DNA from: Longimicrobiales bacterium
GTDB taxonomy: Bacteria > Gemmatimonadota > Gemmatimonadetes > Longimicrobiales > Gaopeijiaceae
DNA: 64,000 nucleotides
Direction of reading: 5' to 3'
NCBI GenBank assembly: GCA_041690395.1
Contig: JAWLHJ010000006.1
Span: 134,530-198,529 of the forward strand
The notes beneath the pieces were generated by a model. That model did no database searches and was not told the DNA's origin. It saw only the letters and a program-made list of their open reading frames with translations. The position numbers and the translations under genes are program-made. Below are positions 39,383-48,135 of this stretch, piece by piece. Each line of letters begins with the position of its first letter. The first letter of the stretch is position 1.

Positions 39383-39715
39383 ATGAGGACCCACGGACAC
39401 GCAACGCTACTGACGACCAGCCTGATGGTCGCCGCACTCGGCGCCTTTCATATTGCAAGACCCATGGCGGTTTCCGCCCAGGCGAGCGCTTCTCTGACGG
39501 TTTCGGCGACCGTGGTGCGCTCCGACGCGGCCTGGTCGGGCCACGAGATGGGCCAGGCGCTCGTGCAATCCGTGGCCAGCACCCACCCCGAAGCCGCCGA
39601 TGGGGTAGACATCATCGACGCGCCCCTCGAGCGGGACGGGACCATCGCCTGGGTGGAGCCGACCCCCGCGTCCGCGAGCGAGCCGACAGTCACGGTCGCT
39701 CACGTGGGGAGCTGA
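39383..39715 (+). CDS. Small secreted pilin-like protein
   Basis: Signal peptide ending VSA-Q, then ASASLTVSATVV; C-terminus VTVAHVGS parallels VTLSYVGS of 37970-38476; GGAG RBS. Confidence 0.62.
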   Translation: MRTHGHATLLTTSLMVAALGAFHIARPMAVSAQASASLTVSATVVRSDAAWSGHEMGQALVQSVASTHPEAADGVDIIDAPLERDGTIAWVEPTPASASEPTVTVAHVGS

Positions 39716-39847
39716 TCCGGCCGCACGATCAGGCGGGTCGCTGAGAAGCACCAACCCCCGTGCGTTGGACCGTGGGGGTTCCGGCCGGGTCCGCGGCACG
39801 CCAAGCTAAGGGGTCACTGGTCCACCTCCCCGACCCCAGTTCCGACC

Positions 39848-41083
39848 ATGAACGTCCTGGTCCTCAACGCAGGATCCTCCACGCTCAAGTTCGAGCTGGT
39901 GCTGACCGACGCCGAGCGCATGGCCTCGGACAGCGACGAGAAGCTCGCGCTCGGAACCATCGAGCGTATCGGCGGCGAATCGGTCCTGCACCTCACCGAC
40001 GCCGACGGGGCGACCACCATCGAGACCGCGACGCTGCGGGACCTCTCGGCGGCGGTCGACTGGATCCTCCGCTGGCTGGCTTCCGACCGGTCCGGCGTGC
40101 CCGTGTCGGCCATCTCGGACATCGGCGCGGTGGGGCACCGGGTCGTGCACGGTGGCGAAGAGTTCAGGAGCTCCGTCCGAGTCGACGACGACGTGCTGGC
40201 AACGCTCCAGGACCTCATTCCCCTGGCGCCCCTCCACAACCCGTACAACATCCAGGGGATGCGCGCGGTGCGTTCCGTCCTCGGCGCCGGGGTGCCGCAG
40301 GTCGCGGTCTTCGACACGGCATTCCACGCATCGCTGCCGGAGCACGCCTATCTCTATGCCATCCCCTACTCACTCTACCGACGTCACAAGCTGCGTCGGT
40401 ACGGCTTCCACGGGACGTCGCACCGGTATGTGGCGTGGCGGTATCGGACGCTCCTGGGCGTCCCGAAGGAGGAGGTGCGCGTCGTGACGCTCCATCTCGG
40501 GAACGGATGCTCGGCGTGCGCGATCTCCGGCGGTGAGTCCGTCGACACGTCCATGGGATACACGCCCCTCGAAGGGCTGGTGATGGGCACCCGCGCCGGC
40601 GACGTGGACCCGGCACTTCTCGACGTGATCGCCTCCAAGGAGGGGATGAGCATCAGCGAGGTCGAGGGACTGCTCAACCGCCAGTCGGGGCTCCTGGGGA
40701 TCTCCGGGCTGACCCACGACATGCGCGACCTCCTCGCCGAGGTCGACGAGCACGACGACCGCCGGGCGCGCCTCGCGATCGACGTCTTCTGCTACCGGGC
40801 ACGCAAGTACATCGGCGCCTATCTCGCGGCCATGGGAGGCGCGGACGCGGTGATCTTCACCGGCGGCATCGGAGCCAACGCGCCGGGGGTTCGCGCGGCC
40901 ATCGTGGACGGGCTCGACTGGATGGGCCTCGAGCTCGACGTAGAGGTGAACGCGCGCATGAAGGGGGGCGAGACGGGCCCGATCACGCGCGACGACGCCC
41001 GGCTCGCGGCCTGGGTGATCCCGACCGACGAGGAGCTTCTCATCGCCCGCGACACCTACCGACTGGTCACCGGGAACGCCTGA
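39848..41083 (+). CDS. ackA: Acetate kinase
   Basis: [51 protein letters not shown]. Confidence 0.97.
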   Translation: MNVLVLNAGSSTLKFELVLTDAERMASDSDEKLALGTIERIGGESVLHLTDADGATTIETATLRDLSAAVDWILRWLASDRSGVPVSAISDIGAVGHRVVHGGEEFRSSVRVDDDVLATLQDLIPLAPLHNPYNIQGMRAVRSVLGAGVPQVAVFDTAFHASLPEHAYLYAIPYSLYRRHKLRRYGFHGTSHRYVAWRYRTLLGVPKEEVRVVTLHLGNGCSACAISGGESVDTSMGYTPLEGLVMGTRAGDVDPALLDVIASKEGMSISEVEGLLNRQSGLLGISGLTHDMRDLLAEVDEHDDRRARLAIDVFCYRARKYIGAYLAAMGGADAVIFTGGIGANAPGVRAAIVDGLDWMGLELDVEVNARMKGGETGPITRDDARLAAWVIPTDEELLIARDTYRLVTGNA

Positions 41084-41144
41084 GCGCCAGCCGCCGCCCC
41101 ATCGCCCGCGCCCTTCACGGCCGTGAGGGGGCGGCGGGCCGCAC

Positions 41145-42212
41145 TCAGAAGCCGATCTGGAAGTTCACGAGCAGCCGGTACGGCAGGCCGCTGTCCCGCA
41201 TGGGGAAGACGCCGTTCACCTGGATCTCGGACGCCCCCGTCGGCCACACGTTGTAGCCGAGCACGATGGCGTCGTCCGCGTCCAGAGCGGTGACGCTCCG
41301 GAACCGGTCCCATCGTGCGAGAACCTGGTGGTTCTCCCGCACGTGCCACCCGATGGTGGCGTAGAGACCGTCCGCGTCACGGTCCACCGTGAGGGTCGGC
41401 TGCCATTCGGCCCGGATGTACTCGGCCGCGAGCAGAAGCGGCCCCGACGTGAAGCGTCCGTCGATCCCGAGGAGCACGCCGTCCCCGCGGAAGGCGTTCC
41501 CGCCGGCCCCGGCCCCCACCGCTCCGTCCCGACCGAAGCCGGCTTGGCCGGCCACAGCCAGGAGGCCCTCCTCACCCACGGCAATGCCCGCGCCCTCGAG
41601 CCGGAGGACGCCGAGGAGCGGCTCACCGGGAACGTTGTTCGATCCGCCCGTGAAGCCACCGGCCGCCCACGACACGTGCTCGTCGAGCCGGCCGCTCAGA
41701 CGAACGCCGAGCTGCCGGTTCGGCGCGAGCGCGCTCACGACGCGGGCCCGGTCGACGAAGTCGATCGAACCGGCATAGGTGAGGAGCTCACGGCTGAACG
41801 GGGTCTTGAACCGTCCCGCGTCGACGGCGAAGGCATCGCTGTGCACCCACCCCGCCCGCGCGTCGAGGAGCGAGGGCGAAGCCGCGAAGTTCGTCTGCAG
41901 GTCGTAGCGGAATCCGCCGTCGAGGTCGCCGCTGACCCGCAGGCGCGCCGCGGCCACCTGGGCACGGGCCGGCTGGTCGTCGAGGCCGGGATCCACGACG
42001 GCCTGGATCAACGCGCCGACCGTGAGACCGGGCTGCTGGAAGACCGCTCGCAGGTCGTCGAGGACGGGCTCTGGGCCGGAAGGAGCCTGCCCGGACGCCG
42101 GCGCCGGGGCGACCACGGCCAGGGCCGCGAGCGTAATCGCGACGAGGACGCGCCCCACGGAGCGCGGCGAGCAGATCCTGCGCGAAGACGAGGGAATCGA
42201 TGGTTCGCTCAT
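41145..42212 (-). CDS. Outer-membrane porin (OprO/OprP-like)
   Basis: ARLRVSG, LLDA, GRFKTPFSRE, amphipathic strands, terminal QIGF; start uncertain. Confidence 0.75.
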   Translation of the reverse strand: MSEPSIPSSSRRICSPRSVGRVLVAITLAALAVVAPAPASGQAPSGPEPVLDDLRAVFQQPGLTVGALIQAVVDPGLDDQPARAQVAAARLRVSGDLDGGFRYDLQTNFAASPSLLDARAGWVHSDAFAVDAGRFKTPFSRELLTYAGSIDFVDRARVVSALAPNRQLGVRLSGRLDEHVSWAAGGFTGGSNNVPGEPLLGVLRLEGAGIAVGEEGLLAVAGQAGFGRDGAVGAGAGGNAFRGDGVLLGIDGRFTSGPLLLAAEYIRAEWQPTLTVDRDADGLYATIGWHVRENHQVLARWDRFRSVTALDADDAIVLGYNVWPTGASEIQVNGVFPMRDSGLPYRLLVNFQIGF

Positions 42213-42410
42213 GATGAGGAGCCCCGTTCTGGTGGTCCGGACAGAAGATCGATCGACCTCAATATACGAACGCCTGATGGACCCTTCGAACTCGGCCGCA
42301 CTATAAGAACTCGCGTGTCGCCTGGCGGTATCCGCCGCCGGGACCACCGAACGCCGGCCTGGCCGTCGAGCCGACTCGCGGGCAGCGCTCCCACAGCGTA
42401 GGATGAGGGC

Positions 42411-42827
42411 ATGATCAAGAGACTCCTTCGGCCCGCCGTCTCTCTCCGGGCGGCGCTCGTCCTGGTCACCCTCGTCGGCGCTTCAGCGTGCGGCTCCCTC
42501 GGGAACAGCACCCCGAATCCGTTCGACGGGGCCGCGCGGTCCGGTGAGAATCGGCTGCGCATCCAGGTTCAGAACATGAATTTCAACGACGTCACGGTTT
42601 ATGCCGTGTCGGCGGGCCAGCGGATCCGGCTCGGGAACGTGACCGGGAAGACCGACGAGAACTTCCAGATCGACTGGAACTTCGCCAACCCGATCTCCTT
42701 CCAGGTCGATGTGATCGGCGGCAGGGGGTGCGACACCTCCGCCATCTCGGTCGATCCCGGAGCACGGGTTTGGGTTCAGATTCCCAGTGAGGTGGGGATA
42801 TCAGGATGCAGATCCGGAAGAGCTTGA
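42411..42827 (+). CDS. Putative lipoprotein
   Basis: Lipobox ASAC; VQNMNFNDVTVY; paralogous to the next gene. Confidence 0.8.
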   Translation: MIKRLLRPAVSLRAALVLVTLVGASACGSLGNSTPNPFDGAARSGENRLRIQVQNMNFNDVTVYAVSAGQRIRLGNVTGKTDENFQIDWNFANPISFQVDVIGGRGCDTSAISVDPGARVWVQIPSEVGISGCRSGRA

Positions 42828-43201
42828 GCGGAACGGCGCTCGCGCTGCTCGTCGTGAGTGGCCTCGCCGCGTGTGGGGGTGGTCGCACGACGGCCAACGC
42901 CGATCCTTTCGAAAACGCGGCCGAGGGGCCGCGGGTCATCAACATCCACGTGACCAACCTGAACTTCAACGAAGCCCGGCTCTGGGCCATCAGCATGGAG
43001 GGGCGGCAACGAATCGGCGTGATCGGCGGCAAGGCCGACGCCGTCTACCGGCTCCCGTGGAACTTCTCGCAGCCACTCCGCATCGAGATCGACCTCCTGG
43101 CCGGCCCCCGTTGCACGACCGAGCCGATCAACGTGGATCCAGGTGACGACCTCAGGCTCCAGATCGAGATGGACCTCGCGCGTCAGGCACGCTGCAACTA
43201 G
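42806..43201 (+). CDS. Putative lipoprotein (tandem paralog)
   Basis: Lipobox LAAC; VTNLNFNEARLW; shared VDPG and two C-terminal Cys. Confidence 0.8.
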   Translation: MQIRKSLSGTALALLVVSGLAACGGGRTTANADPFENAAEGPRVINIHVTNLNFNEARLWAISMEGRQRIGVIGGKADAVYRLPWNFSQPLRIEIDLLAGPRCTTEPINVDPGDDLRLQIEMDLARQARCN

Positions 43202-43238
43202 CGCTCCAACCGGGCCGCGTCTGACCGCGCCTCCCGGG

Positions 43239-44429
43239 TCAGTACAGCAGGTAGGGGTCCGCGTCCCTTCCGAAGCGCTCCAGCTCGGACGCGACGCCGT
43301 CCATGAGCGCGTCCGCGTCGTCCCCACGGTCGATGCCCAGCCGCAGGCCGTCGTGCCCCCAGAGCAGGTCGATGGGCATGAGCTCCTCCTCGTACTCGTA
43401 CGGAGGCGGACGCCACCCGAACCGCTCGGGCGCGATCCCCCGCACCGCGCACAGGATCTCGACCGCGCTCCGGACCGGCCGGAACGTGACGGGGTCGACC
43501 ACATGGAGCTGCGCACCGCCGCACAGCTCGCCCCGATGCTTCTGGAACGTCGGCTCGAAGTGGCACGGACGGAGCGCGACGCCCGGCCCCAACCGACTCT
43601 CGAGCCGCTCGGCCAACGCTCCGGCATCCACGTACGGGGAGCCGAACAGCTCGAACGGTCGTGTGGTACCGCGGCCCTCGGAGAGGTTCGTCCCCTCCAG
43701 CAGGACCATCCCCGGGTACACGTCGCACGAATCCGGCGTCGGGAGGTTGGGGCTGGGCATCACCCAGGGAAGCCCGGTGTCCCGCCAACGCATCCCCCGC
43801 GTGAGCCCGTCGCAGGGAACCACCTCGAGCTCGCACCCGATGCCGCGCTCCACGTTCGCCCAGCGGGCCAACTCTCCGGCCGTGAGGCCGTGGCGCAGCG
43901 GCACCGGATGGAGTCCGACGAACGACTCGAAGCCGGGGCGGAGCAGCGGGCCCTCCCGGACCTCGAGCCCGACCGGATTCGGCCGGTCGAGCACGACGAA
44001 GCGCACCCCGGCCTCGGCGCAGGCCTCCATGGCCAACGTCATGGTCCACACGAAAGTGTAGACACGCACGCCCACGTCCTGCAGGTCGAAGACGAGCGCG
44101 TCCAGGCCGCTCAGCATGTCGGGCGTCGGCTTCCGCACTTCGCCGTAGAGCGAGTGCACCGGAAGCCCGGATACCGGATCGCGGTAGGAGTCCGACTCGA
44201 TCATGTTGTCCTGCTTCTCCCCGCGGGCGCCGTGCTGCGGTCCGAACAGGGCCGCGACATCGAAGCCCGACCGGAGCAGCGCGTCGACCGAGGGCTCGAG
44301 CGCAGGGGTGACCGATGCCGGGTGGACGACCAGCCCGAGGCGCTCGCGCGCCAGATGGTCGTGCTCGCCGCGGAGCAGTCGCGCGACGCCCGGGACCACG
44401 ACTGGCCCGCTCACAGCCGAGTCGCTCAC
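43239..44429 (-). CDS. namZ: Exo-beta-N-acetylmuramidase NamZ (DUF1343)
   Basis: LFGPQHG, HSLYG, FDLQDVGVRVYTF, LDRPNP, RHGLTAGELA, PSPNLP, SEGRGT; GTG overlaps the upstream stop. Confidence 0.92.
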   Translation of the reverse strand: MSDSAVSGPVVVPGVARLLRGEHDHLARERLGLVVHPASVTPALEPSVDALLRSGFDVAALFGPQHGARGEKQDNMIESDSYRDPVSGLPVHSLYGEVRKPTPDMLSGLDALVFDLQDVGVRVYTFVWTMTLAMEACAEAGVRFVVLDRPNPVGLEVREGPLLRPGFESFVGLHPVPLRHGLTAGELARWANVERGIGCELEVVPCDGLTRGMRWRDTGLPWVMPSPNLPTPDSCDVYPGMVLLEGTNLSEGRGTTRPFELFGSPYVDAGALAERLESRLGPGVALRPCHFEPTFQKHRGELCGGAQLHVVDPVTFRPVRSAVEILCAVRGIAPERFGWRPPPYEYEEELMPIDLLWGHDGLRLGIDRGDDADALMDGVASELERFGRDADPYLLY

Positions 44430-46189
44430 GGCCGCCACGCCAGATCCGCCGCGAGAGCCCGGGTGAACGCCGGCACCCATACGGAGTCGGCCCTGATCTC
44501 CTCGCCGTCCCGGAAAAGCGTGGTACGGAGCCGTGTATCCTGCGGCACTCCGCAGGCCCGATAGTACCCGCGCTCGTCGGTGACGTCCGAGAGACCCACC
44601 ATGTCCGACTCGATGGCGCCCCCGCCGGGAACGGCCCGCACGCGGAAGTCCTCCCACGTGATGCGGACGGTCACGCCGGCCAACGCGCGGCCGTTGGACG
44701 CATCGACGACCCGCCCGGCCAGCATCGCAGTGCCCTCGGGCAGCGCCGCGCTCGCGGGCGCCGCCGCCTCCAAGGGAGTGCCCGTCCGCTCGATCAGGGC
44801 GGCGCGCCGGGCAGCCGCCTGCTCCCGGCATGCCTCGAAGGCGAGCTCGGACACCGACGGCATCCGGAAGTAGAAGGTGCCTACCTCACCCCGAGTCGCG
44901 GACTGCTCGACGAGATCGGGCTCGAGCCCGTAGGACTCGAGCTCGTCGTCGACGAAGCGGATCCGGTAGACACCGTCCGTCAGCCCCCCGATCTCGAAAC
45001 GCCCCTCGGCGTCCGTGAACACCATCTGGCTCGAGCCGACGATGCCGACCCGCACACCCTGCTTCGGCATGACCCCGAGGCTGTCCTGGACGAATCCCTC
45101 GATGGCCGCCGTCTCGCCTCGCATGAGCGCCTCGCCGCCGGAGCTCCGGACCTCGGTGACGCGCCCGCCCGTCTGCCGGTAGCCGTCGACCCGCGTGCGC
45201 ATGTTGCCCGAGAAGTCCCTGTCCCTCACGAGCAACGGCATCCGGATCCACCACTCCGGAACGATCCAGGTCCCGTCGTCCATGCGCCGGAACTCCACGA
45301 ACCCGCCGACCAGACCGGTGTCCGCCTCCGGCGGGATGTTCACGTACCGGTACTCGAGCCAACGGAGCTCGGACGTGGCCGGATCGAGCCAGAGCACGCC
45401 GCGGATGTCGACCACGTCGCGGTCCCGGGACGGGACGGGCTCGAAGCCCACGCCGATCAGCCCTTCCGCCTCATCCTCCCCTGCCCGGAGACGGAGGCAA
45501 TGGGTGTCGAGGAACGGATCCGACAGCAGCACTTCGGCGTCCGGGGCGTAGTAGACGTTCGCCCGGTTCTCGTCCGGTTGGAGGAAGCCGTCCCGGATGA
45601 GGTCCTCGGCCGGAAGGCTGGTGAAGGGGACCCGCAGATACGCGACCCGCGACGCCCCCTCCTCCCGGAGCACCACCCGGCCGTCGCCGTCCAGATCGCG
45701 CTCGTAGGTCTCGGTCTGGTACCGGTAGAGGTTCGAGCGGTCGGTGAACGACGCCGCCTCCAGCGCCTTCCTGGCCTCGTCCCAGACCCGCGCCGTCGCG
45801 AGTCCTTCCTCGGGTCGAACCTGGCAGCGCTCCCCGGCGCTGACCTCGATCCCCTCGAGGGCGATGGCGCTCGACGGGAGGCGAAGCTCGAGCTGGACCG
45901 GCCCGGCCGCCACCTCGAACAACTCGCTCGAGGTGGTCGCGCGCCCGATCATCTCGACGCGGACCCGGTAGGTGCCGTCCGACACGTCGGCGAACATGGC
46001 CCGACCCAACGGGTCGGTGAGCTGGTCCCGGACGGGGCCGCCCGCGCCATCGACCAGATGGACCAGGGCCCCGGTGACCGGACCGCCGGTCTCCTCATCG
46101 AGCACGCGAGCCATCACGGTCTGCGCGTCGCCGTTGGCCGGAGCGTACGCCAGCGCCGAGAGAATCGCGATCGGAATCCACGGTCTCAT
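44426..46189 (-). CDS. Secreted protein with carboxypeptidase-regulatory-like beta-sandwich repeats
   Basis: Signal peptide; repeated RV.D...G..L/V.G and TD..G.F/Y units; FLDTHC motif. Confidence 0.8.
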   Translation of the reverse strand: MRPWIPIAILSALAYAPANGDAQTVMARVLDEETGGPVTGALVHLVDGAGGPVRDQLTDPLGRAMFADVSDGTYRVRVEMIGRATTSSELFEVAAGPVQLELRLPSSAIALEGIEVSAGERCQVRPEEGLATARVWDEARKALEAASFTDRSNLYRYQTETYERDLDGDGRVVLREEGASRVAYLRVPFTSLPAEDLIRDGFLQPDENRANVYYAPDAEVLLSDPFLDTHCLRLRAGEDEAEGLIGVGFEPVPSRDRDVVDIRGVLWLDPATSELRWLEYRYVNIPPEADTGLVGGFVEFRRMDDGTWIVPEWWIRMPLLVRDRDFSGNMRTRVDGYRQTGGRVTEVRSSGGEALMRGETAAIEGFVQDSLGVMPKQGVRVGIVGSSQMVFTDAEGRFEIGGLTDGVYRIRFVDDELESYGLEPDLVEQSATRGEVGTFYFRMPSVSELAFEACREQAAARRAALIERTGTPLEAAAPASAALPEGTAMLAGRVVDASNGRALAGVTVRITWEDFRVRAVPGGGAIESDMVGLSDVTDERGYYRACGVPQDTRLRTTLFRDGEEIRADSVWVPAFTRALAADLAWRP

Positions 46190-48135
46190 CTCGTCATTCC
46201 CCCCGATCGGTCGGAGAACCGCCCGAGCACGGCGCCGCACGAGCCCTCACCCGACCGGACCGAAAGCAGGAGCAGACGGAGCGGGCGGAAGGCTCCTTCG
46301 CCCGATCGCTCGAAGAGCCCGCCGGCTGCGACCCGGAAGAGGGACTCCTCGGACGGCCAACGCACGAGCACGCTGCGGGCCGAGTCGACGAACGCGCGGT
46401 GGGCCTCGTCCGGGCCGAAGACCACGCGGTTCAGATTCATGCACGGGGCCAAGGTCGACATCACCGCGAAGCTCTCCCACGCCAGCCCTCGCACCGTGCC
46501 GGAGTCGAGAACGAGGCCCGGCAGCATGCGGGCGAGCGCTTCCGTGCTGGCGGGCCGGGGCGAGTGCATGCGCGCCGCCGCCCTCATGCCCGTGGCCCTC
46601 GCCGTGGAGAGCTCGGCCGCGAGCTCCGGCCGATCGGTCACCTCGAAGAGGTGCTCGAGCGCCAGACCGCCTTCCCGCACCAGCGCGTGCCCGACCAGGT
46701 TGTCCATGAGTGTAGGTCCCTGGTCGGCGAGCAGGAAGCCGAGCGAGAGGACCTCGCGGACGAGCGTCTCGGCCGCCTCGGTGCGCCCTGCCGCGAGCTC
46801 GACCGCCGCGGCCGCCACGTGCGCGTGGGCACCGAGACGCACACCCTGGAGCTGCGGCTGGGAGACGGAAACGCCCTCGGACGCCGCGGGGAGGGGATCT
46901 CGCCACCGGGCGGCCGCGACGTCGATGCGGAGCGCTCGTGCGAGGCGCGAGAAGTCCGCCCGGGCCGGATGGTCCGCGACCTCCTCGAGGTAGGCGCGTT
47001 GCTCCGCGGTCGGACCGCTCCGCACCAGCTCGAAGACCGAGGCGTGCCAGCGTGGAGGAGGGGCCCCGATCGGGTCGGTCCCTCCTGTGTCGGGGAGCCA
47101 GGGCTCGACGATGCGAACCGCCGGCTCGATCTCTCCGGTCGGGACCGGCTCGTCCGTGCCGACGTATGCGAGGCTCTGGAGCAGGCGGCCCGCCTCTCCG
47201 GGCGTGATGGCCGGATCGGGCGAGACCCGGTGCACCCGGTAGACCTCGAGCTCCGCGGCGCGCCGCTGGATGTCGTCGTAGGTGGGGAACGAAACGCTCG
47301 CCAGCATCGGCCCGACCGCGGAGGCCGGCAACAGGAGCAGGACGGGCAGCAGCACCACCACGGCCGCGACCGTGAAGCCGAGTCCCGCCTTCCCGAGAAG
47401 CCGGGCCGGCGCCCGCGCGCCCTCGGGCCGCGGCGCGAGTCTGGCCCGGTCCCGCCATCTCTCGATACGCCCCGTATCGAGGTCGTCCTCCCAGGCCCCT
47501 GAGTGCCAATCCCTACGCGCCCGCCTCACGCGCACGTCGTCGGTGAGGCTCACCACGATGCCGACCAGATACATCCCCGCGGCCGGCAACAGCGTGACGT
47601 ACCGCAGCGCCTCCGGCCCCATCCAACCGCGGGCCGCGACGATCAGTCCCACGGCCAGCGACAAGCACAACCAGACGCCCCCGGCCGCGAGGAGGCACGG
47701 GGCGAGGAGGCGCGCGGACACGAGCATCTCCCGGTCGGGGCGCTCGAGGACCGAGAAGTATCGGTCCCCCTGGAGGAGGAAGCCCATGTCCCGGCGTCGA
47801 TCCGACACCACGCACGCGAGCGTCCGGAGATCGTATCCGCGCTCCACGGCATGCATCGAGCGACGGGCCATCCTCGCGAGCCTGAGAAAGGCGTCGAGCG
47901 CGAAGGCGAGCCCGAAGGTGGCCGACACGGCACCGACCCACCAGGCGTCCGCGAGCGGCCCGAGCGTCGCGAGATCCCAGGGTGTCGTCGTCACGAAAAG
48001 CACGGGAAGTACCAGCAGAGCCGCCGCCAGCCACCCGCTCCGGACGACCCGCCACAGGTCGCCCTGCATCCGCTCCAGCCCGGGCGGCGGCCACCGGAAG
48101 CCTTCGCCTCGTCCCCTCCCCTCCAACTCGCTCAC
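46186..48135 (-). CDS. Hypothetical membrane protein
   Basis: About five N-terminal TM segments and a helical soluble C-domain; 4-bp overlaps on both sides. Confidence 0.78.
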   Translation of the reverse strand: MSELEGRGRGEGFRWPPPGLERMQGDLWRVVRSGWLAAALLVLPVLFVTTTPWDLATLGPLADAWWVGAVSATFGLAFALDAFLRLARMARRSMHAVERGYDLRTLACVVSDRRRDMGFLLQGDRYFSVLERPDREMLVSARLLAPCLLAAGGVWLCLSLAVGLIVAARGWMGPEALRYVTLLPAAGMYLVGIVVSLTDDVRVRRARRDWHSGAWEDDLDTGRIERWRDRARLAPRPEGARAPARLLGKAGLGFTVAAVVVLLPVLLLLPASAVGPMLASVSFPTYDDIQRRAAELEVYRVHRVSPDPAITPGEAGRLLQSLAYVGTDEPVPTGEIEPAVRIVEPWLPDTGGTDPIGAPPPRWHASVFELVRSGPTAEQRAYLEEVADHPARADFSRLARALRIDVAAARWRDPLPAASEGVSVSQPQLQGVRLGAHAHVAAAAVELAAGRTEAAETLVREVLSLGFLLADQGPTLMDNLVGHALVREGGLALEHLFEVTDRPELAAELSTARATGMRAAARMHSPRPASTEALARMLPGLVLDSGTVRGLAWESFAVMSTLAPCMNLNRVVFGPDEAHRAFVDSARSVLVRWPSEESLFRVAAGGLFERSGEGAFRPLRLLLLSVRSGEGSCGAVLGRFSDRSGGMTR

